This document shows, piece by piece, positions 53,829 to 63,702 of a DNA stretch of 64,000 nucleotides (position 1 is the stretch's first letter; each line of letters begins with the position of its first letter). The notes below the pieces were generated by a model, which searched no databases, was not told the DNA's origin, and was given only the letters and a program-made list of their open reading frames with translations. Location: positions 37,773 to 101,772 of the forward strand of contig DATBZA010000107.1 of the NCBI GenBank assembly GCA_036513415.1, in the 5' to 3' direction. Position numbers and translations under genes: made by a program. The stretch comes from Myxococcales bacterium (GTDB lineage Bacteria; Myxococcota; Myxococcia; Myxococcales; 40CM-4-68-19).

Positions 53829-55003
53829 CCTCGCTACGCCGTCCAGGGTGTCGGTGGAATCGCCGTGCCACGTTGGCCGTCCTCGCTGCCGGCCTGCTCA
53901 CCGCCTGCGGGCGAAGGGCCGAAGCCGTCGCGCCGCATTCCGGCAAGGTCGAGGTCGGCGTGGTGACGGCCGCGCCGACCGACGTCCCGCTCGTCCATGA
54001 GCTGCAAGGCCGCGCCTCCGCCTATCGAGTCGCCGAGGTTCGCGCCCGCGTCAATGGAGTGGTCCTCAAGCGGCTGTTCGACGAGGGAAGCGAAGTGCGG
54101 ACCGGCCAGCCGCTCTTCCAGATCGACCCAGCCCCTTACGAGGCGGCGCTCGACAGCGCAAAGGCCACGCTCGCTCGGGCGCAGGCAAATCGGGAGTTCC
54201 AGAGGTTGCAGGAGGCGCGGTACGAGCAGTTGATCTCCGCCGACGTCGTCAGCAAGCAGGACTACACGAGCGTCGTGGCGGCCCACGGAGCTTCGGAGGC
54301 GGATGTCGCTGCCGGCACTGCCGCTGTGCGCCTCGCGTCGATCAACCTCGGCTACACGCTGGTCCGATCTCCCGTGTCGGGAAAGATCGGTCGCGCAGCC
54401 GTGACCGAGGGCGCATACGTGCAGCAAGGGCCCGCGACCCCCCTTGCCACGGTGCAGCAGCTCGATCCCATCTACGTGGACCTGACACAGTCGAGCGATG
54501 AGTTGCGCCGCCTGCGCCAGCGGATCGACAGCGGCGAGATCCGTTCGGAGCAGGGGGAGGTCTCCGCCACCGTCGTGTTCGAGGACGGAAGCGAGTATCC
54601 GTACAAAGGCAAGCTCCAGTTCTCCGATGTCACCGTCGATCAGGGCACCGGATCGGTCGTCCTCCGCGCGATCGTCGCCAATCCCGAGCGCGCGTTGCTT
54701 CCCGGGATGTTCCTGCGCGCGCGCCTCGAGCAAGGGGTGACGCCTCAAGCGATCCTGGTCCCCCAGGCGGCGCTGGCGCGCGATCCGACCGGGGTGGCGA
54801 CGGTGATGGTCGTCGATCCCGAGAAGAAGGTCGAGGTCCGACGGGTGAGGACCGACCGCGCCAACGGGAACGACTGGGTCGTCACCGAAGGGCTCAAGAG
54901 CGGCGATCAGATCATCGTCGACGGGCTACAAAAGATAAGCCCCGGCACCGAAGTCGTCGCCGTCGCGGCCAACCCCAAGACCGCAAGTCCCGAGCCTCGA
55001 TAG
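53825..55003 (+). CDS. RND efflux periplasmic adaptor lipoprotein
   Basis: ATG overlaps the TolC stop (ATGA). Lipobox [33 protein letters not shown], coiled coil, GLQKISPG. Confidence 0.9.
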   Translation: MTSLRRPGCRWNRRATLAVLAAGLLTACGRRAEAVAPHSGKVEVGVVTAAPTDVPLVHELQGRASAYRVAEVRARVNGVVLKRLFDEGSEVRTGQPLFQIDPAPYEAALDSAKATLARAQANREFQRLQEARYEQLISADVVSKQDYTSVVAAHGASEADVAAGTAAVRLASINLGYTLVRSPVSGKIGRAAVTEGAYVQQGPATPLATVQQLDPIYVDLTQSSDELRRLRQRIDSGEIRSEQGEVSATVVFEDGSEYPYKGKLQFSDVTVDQGTGSVVLRAIVANPERALLPGMFLRARLEQGVTPQAILVPQAALARDPTGVATVMVVDPEKKVEVRRVRTDRANGNDWVVTEGLKSGDQIIVDGLQKISPGTEVVAVAANPKTASPEPR

Positions 55004-55020
55004 CTCCCGCAGGAGACGCC

Positions 55021-58000
55021 ATGGCCAGATTTTTCATCGATCGCCCGATCTTTGCGTTCGTCATCGCCATCGTCCTGATGCTGGCCGGTGTGCTCGCCAT
55101 CTTGTCGCTGCCGGTGGCGCAATACCCCGCGATTGCGGCGCCGACCGTCACAATCAGCGCGACCTTTCCCGGCGCTTCAGCGAAGACCCTCGAGGACACG
55201 GTCACACAGGTGATCGAGCAGAAGATCAACGGCATCGACAACCTGCGCTACCTCGCCAGCACCAGCGATTCCGCCGGGAACGTCGCCATCACCCTCACCT
55301 TCGATTCGGAGGCCAATCCCGACATTGCGCAGGTCCAGGTGCAAAACAAGCTCCAGCTCGCGTTGCCGCTGCTCCCGCCCGAGGTCCAGCGTCTGGGTGT
55401 GAGCGTCGCCAAGTCCGTCTCCAATTACCTGCTCGTGGTCGCGTTCCTCTCGAAGGATGGCAGCATCAACAGCAGCGGCCTTTCCGATTACGTCGCCTCA
55501 TCCGTGCAGGACCAGATCAGCCGCCTGCCGGGCGTGGGCGACGTGTATCTCTTCGGCGCGCAGTACGCCATGCGCATCTGGCTCAACCCCGACAAGCTCA
55601 CCAGCTACCAGCTCACCGCCGCCGAGGTGACCAACGCCGTCCAGGCGCAGAATGCCCAGGTCTCCGCAGGACAGCTCGGCGGGCTGCCGTCGGTCGCCGG
55701 GCAGCAGCTCAACGCGACCATCACTGCGCAAACGAGGCTTCAGACCGCCGAGGAGTTCGGCGACATCCTCTTGCGCGTGAGCCCCGACGGTTCCCACGTC
55801 CGTCTGCGGGACGTCGCCCGCATCGAGCTCGACGGCGAGAATTTCGTCACCGCTGCCGAGTTCAACGGGCACCCTGCCTCCGCCTTGGGCATCAAGCTGA
55901 CCACCGGCGCGAACGCTCTCGACACCGCCAAGCGGGTACGGGCGCGGCTCGCCGAGCTCTCAGCGTTCTTTCCCCCCTCGATGGAGATCGCGTACCCGCT
56001 CGACACCACGCCTTTCGTGCGGCTCTCGATCGAGGAGGTGGTGAAGACCCTCTTGGAAGCGATCGGCCTGGTCTTCATCGTGATGTTCGTCTTCCTTCAG
56101 AGCATCCGCGCGACGCTCATTCCGACCATCGCGGTGCCGGTGGTGCTGCTCGGCACGTTCGCGATCCTCTCCGCCGCGGGATTCAGCATCAATACGCTCA
56201 GCATGTTTGCCATGGTCCTCGCCATCGGCCTCCTGGTCGATGACGCCATCGTGGTCGTCGAGAACGTGGAGCGCGTGATGAGCGAGGAACGGCTGTCGCC
56301 CAAGGAGGCGACCCGCAAGTCCATGGGCCAGATCACCGGAGCCCTGGTCGGAATCGCCATGGTCCTGTCCGCCGTATTCGTTCCGATGGCCTTCTTCGGC
56401 GGCTCGGTCGGCGTGATCTACCGGCAATTCTCGATCACGCTGGTCAGCGCGATGGCGCTGTCGGTCCTGGTAGCGCTGATCCTGACGCCGGCCCTGTGCG
56501 TCACCCTCCTGAAGCCGGTGGAGCACGGTCAGGCCGCGGGTCGTCGTGGATTCTTTGGCTGGTTCAACCGCGCGTACGACCGCACCAGCCACGGCTACCA
56601 GGGCGTGGTGCGCAGGCTTCTGGCGCGGACCGGGCGTTCGCTGCTCGTGTACGGCGCCATCGTGGCCGCCATGGCCGTGCTCTTCGTCCGCATCCCCGGC
56701 GGTTTCCTCCCCGACGAGGACCAGGGGTACGTCTATCTGCAAGTCCAGTTGCCTCCGGGCGGCACGATGGAGCGGACGGGGGAGGTGTTGCGGCAGGTCT
56801 CGGATCATCTCCTCACCCAGGAGGCCGATGCCGTCGAGTCGGTGGCCGTCATCCGTGGGTTCAACTTCAGCGGGCGCGGTCAGAACTCCGGATTCGGATT
56901 CGTCAAGCTGAAGGACTGGAGCCTGCGCAAGTCGCCGCGCCTCAAGGCAAGGGCCGTCGCCGGCCGGGCGATGGCGGCCTTCTCGCGGATTCGGGGTGCT
57001 GTCGTCTTCGCGTTCATCCCTCCGGCGGTGCAGGAGCTCGGCAACGCGACCGGCTTCGACCTCCAGCTCCTGGACCGCGGTGGCGCGGGCCACGCGAGGC
57101 TGATGGAGGCCCGCAACGAGCTCCTCCGCCTGGCCGCCGGGAGCCCGCTGCTCGCCAAGGTGCGCCCGAACGGACTGGAGGACACTCCGGATTACCGCGT
57201 GGACGTCGACCGGAAGAAGGCTTCGGCCCTCGGCCTCTCGCTCGGAGACGTGAACCGGAACCTCTCCGCAACCTGGGGAAGCGCCTACGTCAACGATTTC
57301 ATCGACAAGGGTCGGGTGAAGAAGGTCTACCTCCAGGCCGACGCTCCGTTCCGCATGCAGCCGCAAGACATCGATCGCTGGTACGTGCGCAACACGAACG
57401 GAGGCATGGTGCCCTTCTCCTCCTTCGCCACCGGCCACTGGACCTACGGTTCGCCTAAGCTCGAGCGCTACAACGGGATCTCGTCGCTGGAGATCCTGGG
57501 CGAACCGGCTCCCGGCAGAAGCTCGGGCGAGGCGATGGCGGAGATGGAGAGATTGATCAAGAAGCTCCCCGCCTGGATCGGCTATTCGTGGACGGGCTTG
57601 TCGTACGAGGAAAGGTTGGCGGGATCGAACACGCTCGCTTTGTACGGCATCTCGCTCCTGGTCGTGTTCCTCTGCCTCGCGGCGCTGTACGAGAGCTGGT
57701 CGATCCCCGCCGCGGTGATGCTCGTCGTGCCGCTCGGCGTACTCGGCGCCGTCATCGCCAGCGGGTTGCGCGGGTTTGCGAACGACGTGTACTTCCAGGT
57801 CGCCCTTCTCACCACCATCGGCCTCTCCACCAAGAACGCCATCCTCATCGTCGAATTCGCCAAGGAACAGCACGAGGGCGGAAAGGATCTCGCTGCGGCT
57901 GCGCTCGAGGCTGCGCGGCTGCGCCTCCGTCCGATCCTGATGACGTCGCTGGCGTTCATCCTCGGGGTCCTGCCGCTCGCCATCTCGAACGGGGCTGGTT

Positions 58001-58152
58001 CGGGAAGCCAGAACGCGCTCGGCACGGCCGTCATCGGGGGAATGGTGACGGGCACCGTCCTGGCCGTCTTCCTGGTGCCCGTGTTCTTCGTCGTCGTCCG
58101 GCGCTTCGCGCGAGCCAGAGCGGCCGCCGGTCCCGTTCCCGAGGCGGCATGA
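55021..58152 (+). CDS. RND (HAE1) multidrug efflux permease, AcrB/MexB-like
   Basis: [19 protein letters not shown]-terminus. 1,043 aa with the canonical 12-TM layout. AGGAGA SD. Confidence 0.95.
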   Translation: MARFFIDRPIFAFVIAIVLMLAGVLAILSLPVAQYPAIAAPTVTISATFPGASAKTLEDTVTQVIEQKINGIDNLRYLASTSDSAGNVAITLTFDSEANPDIAQVQVQNKLQLALPLLPPEVQRLGVSVAKSVSNYLLVVAFLSKDGSINSSGLSDYVASSVQDQISRLPGVGDVYLFGAQYAMRIWLNPDKLTSYQLTAAEVTNAVQAQNAQVSAGQLGGLPSVAGQQLNATITAQTRLQTAEEFGDILLRVSPDGSHVRLRDVARIELDGENFVTAAEFNGHPASALGIKLTTGANALDTAKRVRARLAELSAFFPPSMEIAYPLDTTPFVRLSIEEVVKTLLEAIGLVFIVMFVFLQSIRATLIPTIAVPVVLLGTFAILSAAGFSINTLSMFAMVLAIGLLVDDAIVVVENVERVMSEERLSPKEATRKSMGQITGALVGIAMVLSAVFVPMAFFGGSVGVIYRQFSITLVSAMALSVLVALILTPALCVTLLKPVEHGQAAGRRGFFGWFNRAYDRTSHGYQGVVRRLLARTGRSLLVYGAIVAAMAVLFVRIPGGFLPDEDQGYVYLQVQLPPGGTMERTGEVLRQVSDHLLTQEADAVESVAVIRGFNFSGRGQNSGFGFVKLKDWSLRKSPRLKARAVAGRAMAAFSRIRGAVVFAFIPPAVQELGNATGFDLQLLDRGGAGHARLMEARNELLRLAAGSPLLAKVRPNGLEDTPDYRVDVDRKKASALGLSLGDVNRNLSATWGSAYVNDFIDKGRVKKVYLQADAPFRMQPQDIDRWYVRNTNGGMVPFSSFATGHWTYGSPKLERYNGISSLEILGEPAPGRSSGEAMAEMERLIKKLPAWIGYSWTGLSYEERLAGSNTLALYGISLLVVFLCLAALYESWSIPAAVMLVVPLGVLGAVIASGLRGFANDVYFQVALLTTIGLSTKNAILIVEFAKEQHEGGKDLAAAALEAARLRLRPILMTSLAFILGVLPLAISNGAGSGSQNALGTAVIGGMVTGTVLAVFLVPVFFVVVRRFARARAAAGPVPEAA

Positions 58153-58167
58153 AAAGTCAGTCGTGTT

Positions 58168-58641
58168 TCACTCGGCGGGCCGGCGCTTGCCGGCGCAGAC
58201 CATCAACCCCAGCGTCCCGAGGCCGCAGAAGGCGAGCGGAGCCAGCGCCGGGGGCCGGCTGCCCATCTTGATGCCACCGTCCTGGCCGAGAGGAACGCTC
58301 CATGCGGCGAGCAGGTCGCGAATGCCGCCAAGAAGATGTCCATCGGTGTGGAACCAGAACCCGAGGACTCCGACGGCGATGCCCAGGGCGAACAACGCGC
58401 CGAGAGCGCCGCGACCCCAGGTGGACCAGCGGCGCAAGGCGAAGGCTCCCGCCGCCAGTGTCGAGCCGCAGTACACGAGAGGTATCCACGAGCGCCACGT
58501 CTCACCCAGTACTTCGCGGTGCTCGAAGCGCAGCTCGAGGAGCAGGAAAGCCGCGCCTCCGACCAGGAAGGCTGCCAGGAGCCGGTCGCGATCGGCGGCC
58601 AGGGCGAGCGGGAAGGGGAGGATGCCTTTGCGCACGGTCAT
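58168..58641 (-). CDS. hypothetical 4-TM membrane protein
   Basis: Four hydrophobic segments. Last gene of the ECF-led gene string. GTG 58650 would overlap the upstream stop. Confidence 0.5.
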   Translation of the reverse strand: MTVRKGILPFPLALAADRDRLLAAFLVGGAAFLLLELRFEHREVLGETWRSWIPLVYCGSTLAAGAFALRRWSTWGRGALGALFALGIAVGVLGFWFHTDGHLLGGIRDLLAAWSVPLGQDGGIKMGSRPPALAPLAFCGLGTLGLMVCAGKRRPAE

Positions 58642-58646
58642 CTTCC

Positions 58647-59000
58647 TCACGGTTTGACGACGATCTCGCCGGCCATCTCCTCGTGCCCGCTGCCGCAGAA
58701 AACGTCGCAGTGGAAGAGGAAGGTGCCGGCCTTTGCCGGCGAGATGCGCACGCGCGTGACCTTGCCCGGTTCGATGCTCTCGTCGATGTTCAGGTCGGAG
58801 ACCTGGAAGCCGTGCTTGCGATCGAGCGTGGTCAGCTCGAGCACCACCGGCTCGCCCAGCTTCAGCTCGATGACCGCGGGGGTGAACTTGAACTTCTCGG
58901 CGGTCACCTGGATGATCTTCTCCTGCGCCGCCACGTCCGACGACGCGGCTGCGAGGACGGCGGCGAACGAACCTGCCAGGATCCAGTACAGACGGCGCAT
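58647..59000 (-). CDS. secreted mini-cupredoxin with CuA-like ligand motif
   Basis: Signal peptide MRRLYWILAGSFAAVLAAA. Upstream His in RKHGFQV. C-terminal FHCDVFCGSGHEEM (C-x3-C-x3-H-x2-M). Confidence 0.7.
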   Translation of the reverse strand: MRRLYWILAGSFAAVLAAASSDVAAQEKIIQVTAEKFKFTPAVIELKLGEPVVLELTTLDRKHGFQVSDLNIDESIEPGKVTRVRISPAKAGTFLFHCDVFCGSGHEEMAGEIVVKP

Positions 59001-59938
59001 CAGTAGGTTCCGCTCGCAGCCGCCGGCTTCACCGCTCCCGTGCCCTCGAGCGAATCTTCCTTGAGCGTGAGCACCAGACGAGACTCGCCGACGGAGATCT
59101 CGCGGTATCCGAGGCCGCGCCGCGGATGCGCGGGATCCCACGGCACCGGGGCGCGCTTGGGTTGCGAGAGCGGCGCAGGCAGCGGGAAGATGAGCGACTG
59201 GGCCGCGTGATGCGCGATGGCGCCAGTGCGGAAGTGGTGCTCCTGATGGATGTGCCCGTAGAAAACGGTCACGTTCTTCCAGTGCTGCAACAGATCGATG
59301 GCCTTGCTGCCGTCTTTCGTGGCCCAGTCCCACTGCGGGGCCAGGTCGAAGAGCGGCCGGTGCGTGAACACCACGATGGGCGCGTCGGCCGGCAACGGCT
59401 TGAGATCCGCGAGGAGCCAGTCGAGCTGTGCGTCGCCGATGGCCGCCTGCGCATCGGAGACGTTGTCGAGCACGGCGAAGTGAAGTCCCTTGTGGTCAAA
59501 CGAGTAGTGTGTCGCCCCGAAGTGTTCCTGGAACGCCTTGCCCTGGTCGAGCGAGGCGTCGTGCTCGCCGGGCATGTAGCGCTGCACGGGGGCCTTCAGT
59601 CCCCCGACGATGGCCTTGAACTCGCGCATGCGCTTGTGGCGCTCGGCCTCGTCGTCGGTGGTGTGGGTCAGGTCGCCGGTGAAGACGACGAAGTCGGGTT
59701 GCTGCGGGAGCGCGTTGACCGCCTCCACCGCTTGCTGGAGGGTGTTGGCCGCCTCGGGATTCGGCGGACCCTTGAAGCCCCAGTGCGTGTCGGAGAGCTG
59801 GACGAAGAAGAAATCATCCTCCCGTCCGCCCGACTTGCGCGGGATCCTGGTGCATGCTCCGGCCAACCCCGAGGCGAAGACTACGCCTCCGAAACCGAGA
59901 AGCTTGATGAGCTCGCGACGCCCTTTGGGTTCGTTCAT
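59000..59938 (-). CDS. Tat-exported metallophosphoesterase (calcineurin-like)
   Basis: Twin-arginine-like RRELIKLLGFGGVV. Metallophosphoesterase motifs LSDTHWG, FTGDLTH, GEHD, VFTHRP, GHIHQEH. Confidence 0.85.
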   Translation of the reverse strand: MNEPKGRRELIKLLGFGGVVFASGLAGACTRIPRKSGGREDDFFFVQLSDTHWGFKGPPNPEAANTLQQAVEAVNALPQQPDFVVFTGDLTHTTDDEAERHKRMREFKAIVGGLKAPVQRYMPGEHDASLDQGKAFQEHFGATHYSFDHKGLHFAVLDNVSDAQAAIGDAQLDWLLADLKPLPADAPIVVFTHRPLFDLAPQWDWATKDGSKAIDLLQHWKNVTVFYGHIHQEHHFRTGAIAHHAAQSLIFPLPAPLSQPKRAPVPWDPAHPRRGLGYREISVGESRLVLTLKEDSLEGTGAVKPAAASGTY

Positions 59939-59994
59939 CGGAAACCCTCCGGCGTCGTGACTGCACGGGTCTGACGTCTATTCCCGCTCCGCAG

Positions 59995-60789
59995 TCAGCG
60001 CTGGCGGCGCGCCAGCTCGACAAACTTCTGCAGCTCGGCCTCATTCAGGTCCGAGACCGCCCAGTAGTGCATGCCGTCCTTCGCCCAGCAGTACGCGTTG
60101 TAGCCGCGTCGCGAGAGGCGCTGCAGCGGCTCGTCGCCGCCGCGCTTGCTCGGCCAGACGAACAGGTTCACCACGTGCTGAGCGCGCTTGTACACGAGCG
60201 ATGCCGCGGGCGTGTTCTCGACGTAGTCCAGCCGGCCTCCCACCAGCGGGAAACCTTCGGCCGCCCAGTCCGTCACCGATACGGAGTAGTCGAGCTTGCC
60301 CTGGAACCAGGGTTTGACCGTGTGCTGGTCCGACGAAGCCACGTCGGTGAGGTGATTGGCGAGCAGCGAGCGCACGTGCGCCGCGACTACGGCGTCCGCG
60401 ACCGAGGCCTCGGAGGGCTGTGGCCACAAGCGCGGCCCGGCGACGATGAGCAGCGCGGCGGCTGCTGCAGCCGGCGCGAGCGCCGCCCACCTCCAGGCAC
60501 GCCGCAGGGGCCGCGCCGCTCGCTCAGGCACCAGCGCATGTGCGGATGCTGCCGGCACGGCTGGTTCCCCCGTGCGCACCAGGTCACGCAGGCGAGCCTC
60601 CAACTCCGGCGGCATCGGGTACCGGGTCAAGCTCGCCCGGGCGGACGCCTGCAACTCGCGCAGGCTCTTCTCCTCGGCGCTACAGGCCGGGCAGTGCGCG
60701 ACGTGCTCCTCCACCTCGAGCGCGCCGCGCAGGTCGAGCTCGTTGTCCACGTAGGCATCCAGCAGCCGCTGCGTCTCATTGCAGATCAT
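59995..60789 (-). CDS. anti-sigma factor, zinc-finger (ZAS, H-x3-C-x2-C) type with TM and periplasmic domain
   Basis: VEEHVAHCPACSAEE motif. Central TM WAALAPAAAAAALLIVAG. ATG overlaps the sigma stop (ATGA). Confidence 0.8.
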   Translation of the reverse strand: MICNETQRLLDAYVDNELDLRGALEVEEHVAHCPACSAEEKSLRELQASARASLTRYPMPPELEARLRDLVRTGEPAVPAASAHALVPERAARPLRRAWRWAALAPAAAAAALLIVAGPRLWPQPSEASVADAVVAAHVRSLLANHLTDVASSDQHTVKPWFQGKLDYSVSVTDWAAEGFPLVGGRLDYVENTPAASLVYKRAQHVVNLFVWPSKRGGDEPLQRLSRRGYNAYCWAKDGMHYWAVSDLNEAELQKFVELARRQR

Positions 60790-61325
60790 GACGTGCTCCC
60801 GGCCTGCTCGCGCCGCGCGACCGCCGCCTGCAATTGACGCCGCGCGCGCGACAGCCGCGACATCACCGTTCCGATGGGAATATGGGCCAGGTCGGCGATC
60901 TCCTTGTACGAAAGCCCTTCCATCTCCCGGAGCACGAATACCTCCCGGAACTCGACGGGCAGCGCCTCGACGGCTTCGTTGAGAAACCGCTGCTGGGCGG
61001 AGCGCAGCAGCAGCACCTCGGGCGTGTCGGAGGTGCGCCCGTTCGAGACAGCTTCGGTGTGCAGCTCCTCGTCGAACTCGGTGCCCAGCTCGCGCGCGCG
61101 GTTCTGCTGCAGGAAGGTATAGGCGCTGTTGCGGACCACCGTGAGGAGCCAAGCGCGAGGGTTGGTGCCAGTGAAGCCGTCGAAAAAACGGAATGCGCGC
61201 ATGACCGCCTCCTGCATGACGTCTTCGGCGTCGTGGTCATTGCGCAACAGCCAGCGCGCCAGGTTGTAGCCCGCCAGCAAGTGAGGCAGCACGAGCTGCT
61301 CGAACGACACGACGCGGTCCGGCAA
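60786..61325 (-). CDS. ECF-type RNA polymerase sigma factor
   Basis: Region 2 DAEDVMQEAVMRAFRFFDGF...RAWLLTVVRN. Region 4 EVFVLREMEGLSYKEIADLAHIPIGTVMSRLSRAR. TTG 61325 start is uncertain. Confidence 0.85.
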   Translation of the reverse strand: MPDRVVSFEQLVLPHLLAGYNLARWLLRNDHDAEDVMQEAVMRAFRFFDGFTGTNPRAWLLTVVRNSAYTFLQQNRARELGTEFDEELHTEAVSNGRTSDTPEVLLLRSAQQRFLNEAVEALPVEFREVFVLREMEGLSYKEIADLAHIPIGTVMSRLSRARRQLQAAVARREQAGSTS

Positions 61326-61535
61326 CGCCCCTCCGAATGCCCGGGTCCAATCACGCGACCGGGGCGCCGGCCAGTTTATTCCCGTCTCGCAAGGGCTCGA
61401 GGGGCCTTCGGTTTTTGAGCCGCCCGATGGAGCGCTCGTGGTAGGGCGGGGGCGATGTCGAGAACCGTCGTTCCGTTCCGACTACCAGGTGAACGCGCGC
61501 CCCATGGAGGGGCGCCCACACGGAAGGAATCGACC

Positions 61536-61931
61536 ATGAAATACCTGCTGATGATGCACACCCCGTCCGGAGGCCCCTACCAGATCGCCAGCTGGCCGAA
61601 GCAGGACATCAAGGCGCACATCGCGTTCATGGTCAGCTTCGCCAAGAAGCTAGGGGAGTCGGGTGAGCTGGTGTCCGCCGAGGGCCTGGCCGCTCCCGAT
61701 CAGGCCAAGCGGGTGCGCGCCGGAAAGGATGGCAAGCCGATCACGGACGGCGTGTTCCCCGAGTCGAAGGAGTTTCTCGCCGGGTACTGGATCGTGGACG
61801 TCGAGAGCCCCGAGCGCGCCCACCAGATCGCCGCGCAGGCCTCCGCCGCTCCCGGCCCTGGCGGGGCGCCACTCAACATGGCGATCGAGGTGCGGCAAGT
61901 GATGAGCGGGGCGCCGAAAGACTGGCTCTGA
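61536..61931 (+). CDS. YciI/DGPF-family protein
   Basis: MKYLLMMH... N-terminus. GVFPESKEFLAGYWIVDVES motif. GGAAGGA SD. Confidence 0.8.
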   Translation: MKYLLMMHTPSGGPYQIASWPKQDIKAHIAFMVSFAKKLGESGELVSAEGLAAPDQAKRVRAGKDGKPITDGVFPESKEFLAGYWIVDVESPERAHQIAAQASAAPGPGGAPLNMAIEVRQVMSGAPKDWL

Positions 61932-63190
61932 TGACACCGTCACCGCATCCCAGCGCCCAGGACCTGTTGCGCGACCTCGCGCCGCAAGTGCTGGGCGTTG
62001 TCATCCGGCGGTTCCGCGACTTCGCCGCTTCGGAGGATGCGGTTCAGGAAGCCCTGATCGCGGCCGCGACGCAGTGGCCGCGCGAGGGCCTGCCCGAAAA
62101 CCCGCGCGCCTGGCTGATCCAGGTCGCCTCGCGGCGCGTCGCCGATCATGTCCGCGCCGAGACCGCCCGCCGGCACCGCGAGGCGATCGTGGTCAGCCTG
62201 GTGCCCCCGGAGGAACAGCTCGCCCTGGCGGCGGATGAGGAGGACGCAACGGAGCGGGACGACGCCCTTGACCTCCTCTTCATGTGTTGCCACCCGGTGC
62301 TCTCGTCAGCGTCCGCGATCGCGCTCACGCTGCGCGCCGTCGGTGGCTTGACGACCTTCGAGATTGCCAAGGCGTTCCTGGTGCCGGAAACGACGATGGC
62401 GCAGCGGATCAGCCGAGCGAAGCAGAGCATCAAGGTCTCAGGGGTGCCCTTCGAGATGCCTGGGGCCGAGGAGCGCGCCGCGCGCCTCGGCGCGGTGACG
62501 CACGTGCTGTATCTGATCTTCAGCGAGGGTTACACGGCAACCTCCGGCCCTGAGCTCCACCGCAGCGACCTCTCGGGGGAGGCGATCCGCCTCACGCGCA
62601 TGCTCCATCGTCTCGTTCCCGACGATGCCGAGGTCGCGGGCCTCCTCTCGCTCATGCTCCTGACCGACGCGCGGCGCGCCGCGCGAACCGGGCCGTCGGG
62701 CGAGCTCATCCCGCTCGACCAGCAGGACCGAACCCTGTGGGAACGGAGCGCAATCGCCGAGGGCGTGGCGCTGCTCACCGCGACCTTGTCACGGGGTTCG
62801 ATCGGCCCGTATCAGGTGCAAGCGGCGATCGCGGCAGTGCACGACGAGGCTGCAAGCGCCGAGGACGCGGACTGGGCGCAGATCCTGGGGCTGTACGGCC
62901 TCTTGCAGCGCATGTCCGACAATCCGATGGTGACGCTCAACCACGCGATCGCGCTGGCGATGGTCCACGGCCCGGCTGCGGGACTCGAGCGCCTCGACGC
63001 GCTCGCCAAGGACCCGCGCCTGCAGGGCCATCATCGCCTCGACGCGGTCCGTGCGCACCTCCTGGAGCGGGCCGGCGACCACGAGCGCGCGATCGCGCAC
63101 TACCGGCGCGCAGCGGAGGGTACGACGAGCACCTCGGAGCGGAACTACCTTCTGATGCACGCGGCACGGCTGAGCGAGACTCTGAAGTAG
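61931..63190 (+). CDS. ECF-like sigma factor with long C-terminal TPR-like extension (ECF42-like, YciI-associated)
   Basis: Sigma regions 2 and 4 (DAVQEALIAAATQW..., PRAWLIQVASRRVAD, LTTFEIAKAFLVPETTMAQRISRAK) followed by about 220 extra residues. Start overlaps the YciI stop. Confidence 0.8.
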   Translation: MTPSPHPSAQDLLRDLAPQVLGVVIRRFRDFAASEDAVQEALIAAATQWPREGLPENPRAWLIQVASRRVADHVRAETARRHREAIVVSLVPPEEQLALAADEEDATERDDALDLLFMCCHPVLSSASAIALTLRAVGGLTTFEIAKAFLVPETTMAQRISRAKQSIKVSGVPFEMPGAEERAARLGAVTHVLYLIFSEGYTATSGPELHRSDLSGEAIRLTRMLHRLVPDDAEVAGLLSLMLLTDARRAARTGPSGELIPLDQQDRTLWERSAIAEGVALLTATLSRGSIGPYQVQAAIAAVHDEAASAEDADWAQILGLYGLLQRMSDNPMVTLNHAIALAMVHGPAAGLERLDALAKDPRLQGHHRLDAVRAHLLERAGDHERAIAHYRRAAEGTTSTSERNYLLMHAARLSETLK

Positions 63191-63209
63191 GGAATCACGT
63201 GAGCAAGAC

Positions 63210-63225
63210 CGGCACGAAACTAGCG
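63210..63225 (+). promoter_or_regulatory. candidate sigma-54-type element CGGCAC-N5-TAGCG abutting start codon
   Basis: GGCAC at -24 and GC at -12 with correct spacing. The C of GC is 17 nt from ATG 63241. Confidence 0.3.
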
Positions 63226-63240
63226 GATTGCCCCGGATGA

Positions 63241-63702
63241 ATGGATAACCAATGCGTGCCTAGCGAACGCGTTCTCGCTATCTGGAGCTTGATGGCGATC
63301 GTGGTGCCTCTTGCCGCCGGCCGACTCGGCCGGGGCAAGAGCAGCGTGGACCGTTACTTTTTCGGAAGCTGCGCACTACTGACGTTCTTGTTCATCCGCT
63401 TCGTGCCGCGAGGGACTCTCGATCCGGCCCTGGCGGCAGGTGCGACCTTCGCCTTCAGCGGATTGGTGGCACTTGTCTATCTGGCACTTTCCCCATTCGC
63501 GCGGCACGCAACGCTCGGCCTGCTGGTCCTGCTCGGGGTCGTCGACATCGCGGGGCTCGCGGCCGTCCACTTCAGTGCGCGCAGAGGCCTTGCCTATTTG
63601 CCCTTCTCGCTTCTCACCCTGGCGGTGACGGCTGTCGCAGGGTTCGCGGCGCTCTGGGTCATCGAGCGCTTCGGGTCAAAGGGCGCCGCCGGAATGCACT
63701 GA
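63241..63702 (+). CDS. hypothetical 4-TM membrane protein
   Basis: Four hydrophobic segments. No recognisable family. Confidence 0.45.
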   Translation: MDNQCVPSERVLAIWSLMAIVVPLAAGRLGRGKSSVDRYFFGSCALLTFLFIRFVPRGTLDPALAAGATFAFSGLVALVYLALSPFARHATLGLLVLLGVVDIAGLAAVHFSARRGLAYLPFSLLTLAVTAVAGFAALWVIERFGSKGAAGMH

